Below, piece after piece: positions 32,216 to 42,066 of a stretch of 64,000 nt of DNA. Positions within the stretch are counted from its first letter, which is position 1, and the number at the start of each line of letters is the position of its first letter. Location of the stretch: NCBI GenBank assembly GCA_963815195.1, contig CAWFGE010000020.1, positions 160,001-224,000 of the forward strand. The letters are read 5' to 3'. The stretch is from an uncultured Planctomycetaceae bacterium. Lineage in GTDB: Bacteria; Planctomycetota; Planctomycetia; Planctomycetales; Planctomycetaceae. A program made the position numbers and the translations under genes. The notes under the pieces are model-generated. The model worked only from the letters and a program-made list of their open reading frames with translations, had not been told where the DNA came from and ran no database searches.

Positions 32216-32366
32216 CGGTTCTTCCGGATCATCAGGGGGAACGACGATGGTGTGAAAGAATTTCGTGTCCGCGCTCTTTCACCTCCCCTGGGGGAGGTAA
32301 AATCCGTGGTTGATCATCATACAAACGATCGCAGCGTCCGCCCCCCGATTCGCCGGAAGAGCCAGA
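32216..32366. repeat. Rod-shaped dispersed element, copy B
   Basis: Inverted homologue of 8185-8346; GGTTCTTCCGG...CCGGAAGAGCC closing stem. Confidence 0.8.
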
Positions 32367-32507
32367 AAATCACTTCAACATGGGGACAAAAAGGCGAGCA
32401 GACCAACCTGCGGTCGGTGCCCGCGTAAGCCCCGTGGTTATGTCGAGTCGTTCAAAATCTTAAATGATTTCTGGCGATTCCAAACGCGCAGAATTGCGCA
32501 CGCTGAC

Positions 32508-33344
32508 TTACCGGTCGTTATGGCTGATGAGCAGCGTTCGCTGGTATTCCTGGAACGTGACCTGCCGGGTCGTGTCGCTTTTCAACAGCGATTCCCATTC
32601 GTGGATCAAACTGCGGTCCGTGGAATCGAGCTTCCAATGGATTTGATGCTCGGCCCGCAAATGGATCGGCATTCCAATGCTGGATTCCAGGTCCACCTGC
32701 ACCGGCATCTGCTGATGTGCGCGGAGATGCTCGTTCAATGCCAGCCGGGATTCCGGAGACAGGGCTTGCGGATGAAGCACATAGTTCAACCGGGCGATCC
32801 AGTCGGCGTAGCTCAAATAAAACTCGGCCGTCTTCGGTTCGTCCACCTTCACGCAGTTCACTTTGTATGTCAGATGCGGGCTGGAGCAGACGAGCTTCTG
32901 CTTGGCCGGGTCGAACGATTCGTGGAACTTGGGATCGATCGGGAATTGGAGCTTGGCAATGACGGCGTCGGAGACCGGCGGCTGCCGCTGGAGCAAGCCC
33001 GCGATGTGCTCGGTGGTGACGTTCCGGGCCAGTTTGAGCTTCCGCTTGATTTCATCGAAATGCACCGTCGTGGCCAATCCGCGGGAGGTGCTCAGAATCG
33101 TGAACCGCAGATGAGCCGGCTCGAAAATAATGACTTCGCTTTCCTGCTCGTTCTCCACGTGGTCGTAAACTTTTCCCGCGTGGAACAGCGACAAGCTGCT
33201 TCCGATCATCGCGGGCCGGCCGTTCTGCGCCGTCCCGGCATCGTAAACCCGGGTATAAATCCGAAACTCCTGGGCCGTCAGCGGGCGGCAGGCGAACAAC
33301 AGCAAGGCGAGAGACAGCATCGGAGACAGTCGGCGAAACATCAT
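32508..33344 (-). CDS. Secreted hypothetical protein
   Basis: GGAGG SD before the ATG, signal peptide ending in AQEF, 278-aa ORF. Confidence 0.75.
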   Translation of the reverse strand: MMFRRLSPMLSLALLLFACRPLTAQEFRIYTRVYDAGTAQNGRPAMIGSSLSLFHAGKVYDHVENEQESEVIIFEPAHLRFTILSTSRGLATTVHFDEIKRKLKLARNVTTEHIAGLLQRQPPVSDAVIAKLQFPIDPKFHESFDPAKQKLVCSSPHLTYKVNCVKVDEPKTAEFYLSYADWIARLNYVLHPQALSPESRLALNEHLRAHQQMPVQVDLESSIGMPIHLRAEHQIHWKLDSTDRSLIHEWESLLKSDTTRQVTFQEYQRTLLISHNDR

Positions 33345-33418
33345 GGCGACCTCCTTGTCGCGATTGCGTTTGAGAGAAGAGAGTGCTTGGTGATGTGAGA
33401 GATGACGTGCGTCGTGAG

Positions 33419-34315
33419 TCATGACTTCAGAGGAATAAACCTGCCGCCGGCTTGTTCGCTTTCGCGGGCGGCTAGCAAGAAACGAATGAGGCGGAGCGTG
33501 GTTTCGATCGGCACCGCGGGCCGGCCGGTTTCAAACGCCTCCACGATCGTCCGGCAGAGATTTCGATAGGCGAACCGCGTGGAAACGAGTTCGTGCACGA
33601 CGCCCTGCTCGCAAAAGGCCGTGAATCCATAAGCCCGGCTTCCCGACCGCGATCCCCGCAGGCTTGCCAGCCGGCCGTGGGGGAAAACGGCCGTCACCAG
33701 ATCCACCTCGGGCCGGTGCAGGCACGAGACCTGTTCGCAGTCCGGTCCCATCAAGGCGAACAGCACCTCGGCCGCGTGGATTCCATAATGTAAGAGGCCC
33801 GGATTTTCCTCGGCCCGAATCGCCGGCCCGAAGGTCATCACCCCTTCGACCGCTCCGTATCGCGTCGGCCCGGCGGACAGCATTTGCACCTCTTCGGCAA
33901 ACCGCAGCGCGGAACTGCTCCACACGAGCGTGCCCGTTTTCCTGGCGAGTTCCGCCATTTCCACCGCATCGGCCCACGAAGACGCGAACGGCTTATCGAC
34001 GAACGCCGGCACGCCGGCTTCCAAAAACGGCCGGGCTCCCGCGAGGTGGGCTTCTCCGCAAACGGAAAGGACGAGCACGCCGTCCACCTGGCCCAGCATC
34101 TGCTCCGGGGATTCCACGAGTTCCACGCCGCATTCCGAGAGCGATTTCGCATGCGGGGCGATCCGCTCGGGCGACATCCGCGAGACGCCGGGCGAACCCA
34201 TCACCACCCGCGCACCGGGGACGCATTGATCGCGGCTCACGCCGATCTGGTTCAATCGGCGGGTGAACTCGACGGAGTGCGAGGAATCGAAATCGACCAG
34301 GCCTAAGCGCAACAT
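33419..34315 (-). CDS. Gfo/Idh/MocA family oxidoreductase
   Basis: LGLVDFDSSH, FVDKPF, SSALRF, YGIH. Confidence 0.9.
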   Translation of the reverse strand: MLRLGLVDFDSSHSVEFTRRLNQIGVSRDQCVPGARVVMGSPGVSRMSPERIAPHAKSLSECGVELVESPEQMLGQVDGVLVLSVCGEAHLAGARPFLEAGVPAFVDKPFASSWADAVEMAELARKTGTLVWSSSALRFAEEVQMLSAGPTRYGAVEGVMTFGPAIRAEENPGLLHYGIHAAEVLFALMGPDCEQVSCLHRPEVDLVTAVFPHGRLASLRGSRSGSRAYGFTAFCEQGVVHELVSTRFAYRNLCRTIVEAFETGRPAVPIETTLRLIRFLLAARESEQAGGRFIPLKS

Positions 34316-34634
34316 GGAGCTTTCGCCCGTCCCTCAATGCTAAGCCGCCGCGCAAACAGCGGACCGGCCCCATTCGAGGAGGCTTCACCGAAAGGAATGG
34401 TTTGATCGGAATAAAGTGGAGAGAGGCCGGAAAGATAACCGGGAATCCCAAACGCTGCAACCTGTTTTCCTGACGACTCATCAACTGGACATGCGCTGCC
34501 TGCTCCTGGTAGGGATCGATTTGGCGTGGTTCTCTGCGTAACCGGATGGGCTCTCGGGTCAATTGAGAGGAGGAGGATTGTCAGCGTGTGCTGTGGCAAT
34601 CCATGACGTGTTCCCACATGAATTGGAATTCTCA

Positions 34635-35975
34635 ATGGATGCGTGCAAAGGATTTTGCCTGGGTTTGGTTCTGTGCTGGATGATTTCTCCGTTTCCGGTC
34701 CAGGGCGATTCCGGATGGCGGGGCGATGGGACCGGGCGTTTCCCCGATGCCCAGCCGCCCAAGACCTGGTCGAAGGAGGCGAACGTCGTCTGGAAGACCG
34801 AATTGCCTGGCCGGTCTTATGCTTCGCCGGCGATTTCTCATGAGCGGTTATTTGTGTTGTCGGAACCCTCCACGGTGATTTGCGTGGATCAGCAAACGGG
34901 GGAGATTCTGTGGCAGAAAAAAGCCGGTTATGCCGAGGCTTTGGGCGAACAAAAAACCCGCGAAATCGAGGCCACCCAGAAAAAACTCGACGAGGAGCGG
35001 CGGGAGATCCAGAGCCAGATTCGCGACGTTCAAAAAGCCGACCCGGAGGCGAAGGAACTCTCATCGCTCAAGGAAAAGCAGAAGGCGATCGAAACCCGCT
35101 GGCGGGAGTATGAGCAGCAGTTTCCGAAGGAGCGCCAGGGCGGAGCGGGAAACGCCGCGGCCACGCCGGTGTGCGACGGCAAACGGGTGTATGTCTGCTT
35201 TGGCACGGGCGTCGTCGCCGCGTTTACGGAACAGGGCGAGCGGGTTTGGATCAAGCGTCTGGAGGCCGCGCCCCTGGGCTTCGGCCACAGTGCCTCGCCG
35301 GTGTTGGCGGACGGCAAGTTGATCGTGCATTTCCAGGACTTAACCGCCTTGGATCCCGCCACTGGAAATGAAATCTGGCGAACGAAACTTCCCAACAAGT
35401 ACGGAACGCCCGCGGTGACGCAAATCGCGGGCGAGGATGTCCTCGTCACGCCGTCGGGTGCTCTCGTGGGGGCTTCGAACGGTGCCGTCCTCAAAGACAA
35501 GCTCTTCGACCTTTCGGACAACTCCCCGCTGGTCGAAGATGGCGTGATCTACGCGCACGAGTCGGGCAAAATCAAAGCCTACCGGCTGCCGGGCTCGTTG
35601 GAAAAACCGGTCGACGTGGAACAGATCTGGGAAACCCCCGCAACGCGGGACCAACGGATGACCTCCGCCGCACTCCATAAAGGCCTGCTTTACGGCGGAA
35701 CCCGCAAGGGACTGTTGGATGTCGTCGATGCCAAGACGGGCAAGCTGCTTTACCGCAAGCGGCTCGATCTGGGCGAGTTGTTTTCGAGCGTGAGCGTCGC
35801 CGGGGATCTGGTGTTCGTCAGCGGGCGGAACGGCAAGACGTTGGTACTCGAGCCGGGCGAAGACTATCACGAAATTGGCATCAACCAAACCGACGGCTTC
35901 AGCAGCAATCTTTTGTTTGACGGGCCGCGGATTTATGTCCGCACCGAAAAGTTTTTGTACTGCCTCGGCGAATGA
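34635..35975 (+). CDS. PQQ-like beta-propeller protein with coiled-coil insert
   Basis: GWRGDGTG, WKTELPG, repeated 'D..TG..LW' blades, C-terminal LYCLG. Confidence 0.88.
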   Translation: MDACKGFCLGLVLCWMISPFPVQGDSGWRGDGTGRFPDAQPPKTWSKEANVVWKTELPGRSYASPAISHERLFVLSEPSTVICVDQQTGEILWQKKAGYAEALGEQKTREIEATQKKLDEERREIQSQIRDVQKADPEAKELSSLKEKQKAIETRWREYEQQFPKERQGGAGNAAATPVCDGKRVYVCFGTGVVAAFTEQGERVWIKRLEAAPLGFGHSASPVLADGKLIVHFQDLTALDPATGNEIWRTKLPNKYGTPAVTQIAGEDVLVTPSGALVGASNGAVLKDKLFDLSDNSPLVEDGVIYAHESGKIKAYRLPGSLEKPVDVEQIWETPATRDQRMTSAALHKGLLYGGTRKGLLDVVDAKTGKLLYRKRLDLGELFSSVSVAGDLVFVSGRNGKTLVLEPGEDYHEIGINQTDGFSSNLLFDGPRIYVRTEKFLYCLGE

Positions 35976-36078
35976 CCGCGTCGGCCGTTCTTGCATCTCC
36001 GCCCCCGAACAGCCAACATGAGGAAAGTTCCTGTGTTGGCTGGTTTTCTTTTCGTCCCCCTGGATTAGTTCATCCTGC

Positions 36079-37890
36079 ATGATGAGGCTTTTAAAAGAGC
36101 GGGTCCGCTCCTCTGGCGTCGCGGCCTGGAAATTTCTCGGCGAATGGCTGCTGTTCGGGGTCCTGGCCGTGGCCGCGACCTGGCCGCTCGCGCCGTCGTG
36201 GACCACGCATCTTCCCTTGGGGGCCGACCCGGTGGAGACGGTGACGCTGTTCAACCTGTGGACGCTGTGGTGGAACGTCGACCGGGCGGAAGCCGGGTTT
36301 GAGCATTACTGGGACGCGCCGATTTTTTATCCGACCCCGAAGACGTTTGCCTTCTCCGAACCGCAGCCCACGATGGCGCTGATGACACCCGTGGTTTCGG
36401 CCGGCGGGAGCGAGGCGGCCGCGTACAACCTGTATTTGTGGCTGGGCCTCTCGCTCACCGGCGTGGCGACCGCGCGGCTTCTGCGGCGGTCCACCGGCTC
36501 GCTGTTGGTCAGTTGGACGGGCGGGGCGATGATGGTCCTGCTGCCTTACGTGCATTGGCAGTTGGGCGTGATCCAACTCGTGCCGCTGTTCGGCATCATC
36601 TGGACGATCCACGCCTTGGCCGCGTTCGGGGATTCGCCAAGCGTCCTTCGCAGCCTGGCGCTCGGGACGGCGTTTGCGGTCACGTATTTCCTCTGCAACT
36701 ATTACGGCTTGTTCTTGAGCCTGGTGTTGATTCTGACCGGAGGTTTCCTCTTGGGGCGAAACCTCTGGAACTGGCGAACCTGGCCGCGGCTCCTGCCCGG
36801 GGCGGCGTGGTGTTTGCTGTTGATCGGTCCGATGATCTCCGTGCAGCGGGACGTCTCGAAGCAGCACGATTGGGAACGCCCGCCGGAGTTGATCGAACGC
36901 CTGTCCGCCGAGTGGGGCGACTTCACCGCGACGCCCTGGCAGCAGCTCTTGCCGATCCGCGAATTCGTCGATCCCCGCCGATCCGGTTGGACGCTTTCGC
37001 CGGGCTATCTCAAAATCGGCCTGGCCGTGTTCGGCATCGTCGGCGGACTCTATTATGCCAAGCTCCGGCGGCTGACGTTGTTTTTGACGCTGTTCACCGC
37101 GGTGAGCGTCCTCCTCGCGATGGGGCCGAAGTTCCATTTCGGAGAGGTCACGCCTTACGAGTGGATTCGCCTGTACTATCCCGGCATGGCGATGGCCCGG
37201 AATGTGTATCGGTTCGTCGTGTTCGCCCAAATCGGCGTTGTGTTGCTCGCGGGGATCAGCCTGGATGTTTTCCGCCGGCTGCTCCTGGAACACCGCGGCG
37301 CGGAGGGGATGTCGAAAGGGGAGATGTTCAAGACCGCCGCATGGTGGCGGCAAGGGCTCTCGATTGGCCTGTTGGCCGTGGGCATCCTGGCGGTCCTGGA
37401 AGTTCGGCCCGCACCGCAAGAACTGCTTGAATTGCCCAGCGACGCGGAAAACCAAGGCTGGATCACCTGGGTGAAAACAAACACTTCGCCCGACGCGGTG
37501 CTCGCCTGCGTTCCTTTCCCCAAAGGCGGCAACGCCAAGGCCTATTTCGGCACGGCGGTATGGATGTATTACGGCACCCGGCATCACCGCCCGCTCGTCA
37601 ACGGCTACTCGGGATTTTTTCCCGAGCGGTTTCTTAAGCTCAAGCCGGCGATGGCCGCTTTCCCCTATGCCGACAGCCTGAACCTCCTGGAAGACAGCGG
37701 TGCCCGGTATTGCGTTGTATTCCGCGGCACCATCGGCCGCGCGGAAATCGAACACGATCCCAAAATCGCGAGCCGGCTCAAATGGCGATTCAGCGACGAC
37801 CGCGCAGAAATCGACATCTACGAACTGTTGCCGTCCAGCGGGAAGAAGGAAAAGGTGCATGCGCCGAAGAATTTGAAAATCAAAGCGTAG
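36079..37890 (+). CDS. Polytopic membrane protein, GT-C/YfhO-like glycosyltransferase candidate
   Basis: Many TM segments, WDAPIFYP...AFSE, C-terminal LVNGYSGFFP. Confidence 0.7.
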   Translation: MMRLLKERVRSSGVAAWKFLGEWLLFGVLAVAATWPLAPSWTTHLPLGADPVETVTLFNLWTLWWNVDRAEAGFEHYWDAPIFYPTPKTFAFSEPQPTMALMTPVVSAGGSEAAAYNLYLWLGLSLTGVATARLLRRSTGSLLVSWTGGAMMVLLPYVHWQLGVIQLVPLFGIIWTIHALAAFGDSPSVLRSLALGTAFAVTYFLCNYYGLFLSLVLILTGGFLLGRNLWNWRTWPRLLPGAAWCLLLIGPMISVQRDVSKQHDWERPPELIERLSAEWGDFTATPWQQLLPIREFVDPRRSGWTLSPGYLKIGLAVFGIVGGLYYAKLRRLTLFLTLFTAVSVLLAMGPKFHFGEVTPYEWIRLYYPGMAMARNVYRFVVFAQIGVVLLAGISLDVFRRLLLEHRGAEGMSKGEMFKTAAWWRQGLSIGLLAVGILAVLEVRPAPQELLELPSDAENQGWITWVKTNTSPDAVLACVPFPKGGNAKAYFGTAVWMYYGTRHHRPLVNGYSGFFPERFLKLKPAMAAFPYADSLNLLEDSGARYCVVFRGTIGRAEIEHDPKIASRLKWRFSDDRAEIDIYELLPSSGKKEKVHAPKNLKIKA

Positions 37891-38875
37891 ACGAGTCGCG
37901 GCTGCCTTTCTCCCGATCTCCCGTTTTCCCCCTCTCGTCCGAATGCCGCAACCGGACGCCGAGGATCAACAGCAGCCCCAGCATCACGGGCTGAAGGTCG
38001 GATTGCTCGATCATCCGCAAGCCTTCATCAAGCACGGTGACCAGGAGCACGCCGACGATGGAGCCCCATACCGAACCGAAGCCGCCGTCCACGCGGGTCC
38101 CGCCCAGGACGACGGCCACGATGACTTGCAGCTCCAACCCCATTTGCCAACTGGCCGACACCGAACCTTCGCGGGCCGTGCCCAGAATCGCGGCCACGAA
38201 CGCGCACATTCCCATGAGCCCATACACCTGGAACAGCCGCAAGTCCACGCGGATTCCCGCGTAGCGCGCTGCGATGCGGTTTCCGCCGATCATCAAGATC
38301 TCTCGCCGCCAGCGGGACCAATAAAACCACGCCCCCGCCGCGAGCAGCAATCCGCAGGCGGTAACGATCGCGCCGGGAAACTCGCCGAACCAGGTGTATT
38401 CGGGCAGCCCGGCCCAGGCTGGGACATTGTTGAACACGTCGGACTCCTGGCTTTCGCGGACGACGTAGCACAGTCCGCGATAGAAAAACAGCGTGCCCAA
38501 AGTGGCGATGATCGGGGGAATGTCCATCCGGGCAATGAGCGTCCCGTTGAACGCACCGAGCACGATCGCGATCAACAATCCGAAGGGCACCGCGGTGAGC
38601 CAGAAACTCGGGCCGCCGTCGAACGTGGACATCACGCAGGCGATCAGCGCGGTCATCGAGCCGACGGACAGGTCGATCCCCGCCGTCATCAACACCGCGG
38701 TCATGCCGAAGGCCAACACCAACAGCGGCGCGGCTTGCGTGAGCACATCCTCCCAATAAAGCCTTAGGCCGAACGCGAAATCGGCCGGCGAATCGAAGCG
38801 GATCCCGCTCCAGGGCAGAAACCCGGCGAACACGGCCACCAAGAGCAGGGGCAACACGGCCTGGCGAAACTTCAT
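37880..38875 (-). CDS. Sugar ABC transporter permease (RbsC-like)
   Basis: GIDLSVGS, IPPIIATLG, GGN..AARYAGI, ELQVIVAVVLGG. Confidence 0.9.
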   Translation of the reverse strand: MKFRQAVLPLLLVAVFAGFLPWSGIRFDSPADFAFGLRLYWEDVLTQAAPLLVLAFGMTAVLMTAGIDLSVGSMTALIACVMSTFDGGPSFWLTAVPFGLLIAIVLGAFNGTLIARMDIPPIIATLGTLFFYRGLCYVVRESQESDVFNNVPAWAGLPEYTWFGEFPGAIVTACGLLLAAGAWFYWSRWRREILMIGGNRIAARYAGIRVDLRLFQVYGLMGMCAFVAAILGTAREGSVSASWQMGLELQVIVAVVLGGTRVDGGFGSVWGSIVGVLLVTVLDEGLRMIEQSDLQPVMLGLLLILGVRLRHSDERGKTGDREKGSRDSSTL

Positions 38876-39819
38876 CGCAGCTCTTCCATCAACTTTCGCT
38901 TCCGGTGCAGCGCGCAGTCCAGCCCGATGACCGCGAGAATCAACGCCCCCTGCACCGCGATTTGCCAATACTCGCTAATCCCCGCGTAGAGAATCGCCTT
39001 GACGATAAAGTACAGCAGGCAACCGCCCAACAGCGTGCCCAGGTAGCTGCCTTCGCCGCCGAAGATATTCGTCCCGCCCAGCACCACGGCCCCGATCACT
39101 TGCAGCTCGAAATTCTGAGCGATGCGGTTGGGTTCGATCGTCAGCCCTTTGGTGACGAAAATCAACGCCCCGAGGCCCAAAAACAATCCGCTCGTCAGAA
39201 AGGCGGATTGCTTGATGCCGCGGGGATCGAGCCCTTTCAATCGGCACGCCTCTTCGGAATTTCCCGCCGCGAGCCACAGCCGAGGATGCTTGCCGGCACA
39301 TTCCAAAAGAATCGCGGCCGCGACGCCGGCGAGCAAAATCCACCCCGCCCAGCCGATGCCCGGCGTGCGGAAGCCTTCATGAGGAATCGAGAATTGCCCG
39401 GAGAATTCCGCATCGTGCCAGTGCGCGAGCACCAGCGCGAACCCCCGGTAGAATTTGAACATGCCCAGCGTCACGATGATCGCGGGGATCGAGAGCCAGC
39501 GGATCAACCAGCCGTTGAACGAAGACAACACGACCGCCGTGAGCCAGCAGCCCGCGAAGCATACCGCGGGTGGGAAGCCCCGTTCAAACAGGATCCCGAA
39601 CACGGTCCCGCACATCACCACGATGGACCCGATGGAAAGATCGATGCCGCCGGTATAAACGATTCCCGTCAATCCCAAGCCCGCCAGCAACAACGGAGCG
39701 GCCCCCGCGGGGAACTGCGACATCTCGGCGGCGAAGCTCGTGTTCGGCGTAAACCAGGTGTAGCCGAAGATGTAACCCACGAGCAGCAAGTTCCCCACCG
39801 CCAAACACACCAGCCGCAA
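38872..39819 (-). CDS. Sugar ABC transporter permease (probable true ATG at 39878 with an indel)
   Basis: GGIDLSIGS, GNSEEACRLKG, ELQVIGAVVLGG; 4-nt overlap with the next permease. Confidence 0.88.
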   Translation of the reverse strand: MRLVCLAVGNLLLVGYIFGYTWFTPNTSFAAEMSQFPAGAAPLLLAGLGLTGIVYTGGIDLSIGSIVVMCGTVFGILFERGFPPAVCFAGCWLTAVVLSSFNGWLIRWLSIPAIIVTLGMFKFYRGFALVLAHWHDAEFSGQFSIPHEGFRTPGIGWAGWILLAGVAAAILLECAGKHPRLWLAAGNSEEACRLKGLDPRGIKQSAFLTSGLFLGLGALIFVTKGLTIEPNRIAQNFELQVIGAVVLGGTNIFGGEGSYLGTLLGGCLLYFIVKAILYAGISEYWQIAVQGALILAVIGLDCALHRKRKLMEELR

Positions 39820-39921
39820 CCGGAGCCCGGGGCAATCCGAAAAAATGGCGAGGCAGTCGATCGGGCGGCGGCGGACATGATAAAAGAGAGGGGCTCAAAA
39901 AAATCCAGATGGAAGCCGCCG

Positions 39922-40767
39922 CTACGACGCGGCTTCAATGTTTGCACCGGCGAACTCTCGGATGATTTTGGCGACCCGATGCGGGTGCGTCCAGTGTGGG
40001 ACGAGGCCGGAGTCTTGCAGCCATTCCACGCGGCAGTTCGCGAGCGACTGCTGGAGTTCCTGTTGCCGTTGTTGCAAAAGCTTGCCTTGGCCCTCGGTTT
40101 CCAGGCACAGGACTGGCGCGGCGATCTTCGCCAGCCGATGTTCGAGCCGGACCTTCCGCAGCGGCGCGATTCGCTGGGCGACGGTCCGCACCGGCACACG
40201 GCCCGCGATCTGTTGAAAGAGAATCCAGCGGTTCAAATCGAAGGGCGGAAACCAGTGCCGATGATTCGCCGCGAACACCGCCCGCCAACCGGGAATCTGT
40301 TGCATCGTCCGCTTCGATCGCTTCGCCGCCGAGAGCAGAATGCGCTCGAGAAGTTTGAAACTCCGCCGGGCGTAGGCGCCTTGCAGGACCGCTCCGCGGA
40401 AGCGTTTCGTCTCGGCATCGGCCGACATCGCCGCCAGCGCCACCCAGCCGCCGAACCCCGTGCCGTAAAGCATGACCGGCTCGTGCTCAAGTTGATCGGC
40501 GACCGCGAAAAGCTGCTGCACCTCCGGCACGGTTTGCGGGTCGTCCCGGTTCGCCGCGGCGGGGTTTTTCTCAGGCAGTGGATCATAAAGCACACAGCGA
40601 AACTCCTCCCGCAACAGCCACGCGAGCAGGCGAAACAATTCGCTCGTGCCTTCCAGTCCGCCCAGAAAATACAACGCCGGCCCCGCGCCGATGGATTGGC
40701 CGGTGATCGAACCCGCCGGCCCCGCGACTTCCCAAGGCGCCGCGTCCTGCTCGAAGGATTCAAACAC
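39922..40767 (-). CDS. Alpha/beta-fold hydrolase-like protein (N-terminus probably extends across an indel near 40800)
   Basis: GAGPALYFLGGLEG, LYGTGFGG at the nucleophile elbow (Gly in place of Ser), C-terminal PHWTHP. Confidence 0.7.
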   Translation of the reverse strand: MFESFEQDAAPWEVAGPAGSITGQSIGAGPALYFLGGLEGTSELFRLLAWLLREEFRCVLYDPLPEKNPAAANRDDPQTVPEVQQLFAVADQLEHEPVMLYGTGFGGWVALAAMSADAETKRFRGAVLQGAYARRSFKLLERILLSAAKRSKRTMQQIPGWRAVFAANHRHWFPPFDLNRWILFQQIAGRVPVRTVAQRIAPLRKVRLEHRLAKIAAPVLCLETEGQGKLLQQRQQELQQSLANCRVEWLQDSGLVPHWTHPHRVAKIIREFAGANIEAAS

Positions 40768-40955
40768 CTCGGCCGTGGACAGGGGCGTCGGGCACGGCTC
40801 CCCCGATTCGGCGCAAGCGTCTCCGGCGAGTCATGTGGGGGATTGGTTGGAAAATCCACGAATCGAACCACCTCGATGACAACCGGATGAAACAGAGGAT
40901 TGCCGCGGCAAGTTTCATCCTAGTCGCCGCGCCGCGAACATGCCAGCGGTTCCGA

Positions 40956-41675
40956 TTAGCGGGAACTCAGATCCCGGCCCACGTTTTCGTCGGCTTCGCG
41001 GATCACTTCGTACGCCGACAGGCTGTCGGGAGCGGCTCGCAGTTCCTCCAGAAAGTCTGGCAGCCGCAGAATCCGGCCGATGCGGGCCAAGACGTGCAAA
41101 TGCGTCCGCGAATCCCGGCAGGCGACCAGCAGGAACAGGTCCGTCAAACCGCCCGTGTTGCTGCCGAAGGGAATCCCGCCCAGCGTCCGCCCGAAGGCAA
41201 TCAGCGATTGGCCGAGCACGTCCGGCAGCGGGTTTCGCGGGTGGGGAATGGCGATGCCCCGCTCGTCCGCGGTGCTCATCACGTCTTCCCGCTCCTGCAC
41301 GGCTTTAAGCACCGTCGCCGGCTCCCAGATTTGCCAGGTCCGGCCCGCAACTTCAATCAGGTTCTCCAGCACCGACCGCTTGGTCCGCCCCGCGAGCGGG
41401 ACTTGCACCAGGTCCGGCTGAAGCAAACTCGTGACGGGAACCTCGGCATCGAGTTCCGTCGACTGTTGGAACTCCTCCACCGCTTCGAGTTGTTGATCGG
41501 TGAAGGCCCGCATCTCCTGCTCGAGCCAATGCGTGATCTCCGTCGGGTGAAACTGCCATTCTCCGCCGACCTTGCGGCCGGGAATCCGGCCCCGATTGAC
41601 GAGTTTTTCAATCTCGCGGCGATCCCGGCCGAGTTGACGGGCGAGTTCATCGAGGGTGTAAGATTCATGCGACAT
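40956..41675 (-). CDS. PTS EIIA (Ntr/fructose-type) domain with N-terminal excisionase-like HTH
   Basis: GRIPGRKVGGEWQF HTH; REDVMSTA...GIAIPH; HLHVLARI. Confidence 0.9.
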   Translation of the reverse strand: MSHESYTLDELARQLGRDRREIEKLVNRGRIPGRKVGGEWQFHPTEITHWLEQEMRAFTDQQLEAVEEFQQSTELDAEVPVTSLLQPDLVQVPLAGRTKRSVLENLIEVAGRTWQIWEPATVLKAVQEREDVMSTADERGIAIPHPRNPLPDVLGQSLIAFGRTLGGIPFGSNTGGLTDLFLLVACRDSRTHLHVLARIGRILRLPDFLEELRAAPDSLSAYEVIREADENVGRDLSSR

Positions 41676-41891
41676 GACGTGTTCCGTGTCAGGCGGACGC
41701 GCAGGCAGGTGCGGCTGAGGGAGGAAGTCGGTGAGCTATTTGGGGGTTGGGGTCGGGCGGGTCTCTCGTCCCTTCAGTGTAACACCTGGAACGAAAAATC
41801 AACAGTCACCCAAAAACAAAAGGCCAGGACACGATCGGTGTCCCGGCCGGAATTCATCCCGGGCCATTTTGTTGAATATCGAGCGTCCGCC

Positions 41892-42066
41892 AAAATCCGA
41901 AATCCGAATCTCGAAATCCGAAACAAATCTCAATGACCGAAAGTCTCAAATTCAAAACTTCGTAAGGCGAACTTTCCAGCAACGCAGAGCGTTTTTGGGA
42001 GGTTTGGAGCGTTGGAACTTCGGGTTTTGAATTTGGTTCGAATTTCGGATTTCGTGCTTTGGATTT
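41892..42066. repeat. Heptamer-repeat palindromic element (AAATCCG family)
   Basis: AAATCCGAAATCCGAATCTCGAAATCCGAAACAAATC...TTCAAAAC on the left and inverted GTTTTGAATTTGGTTCGAATTTCGGATTTCGTGCTTTGGATTT on the right. Confidence 0.8.
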
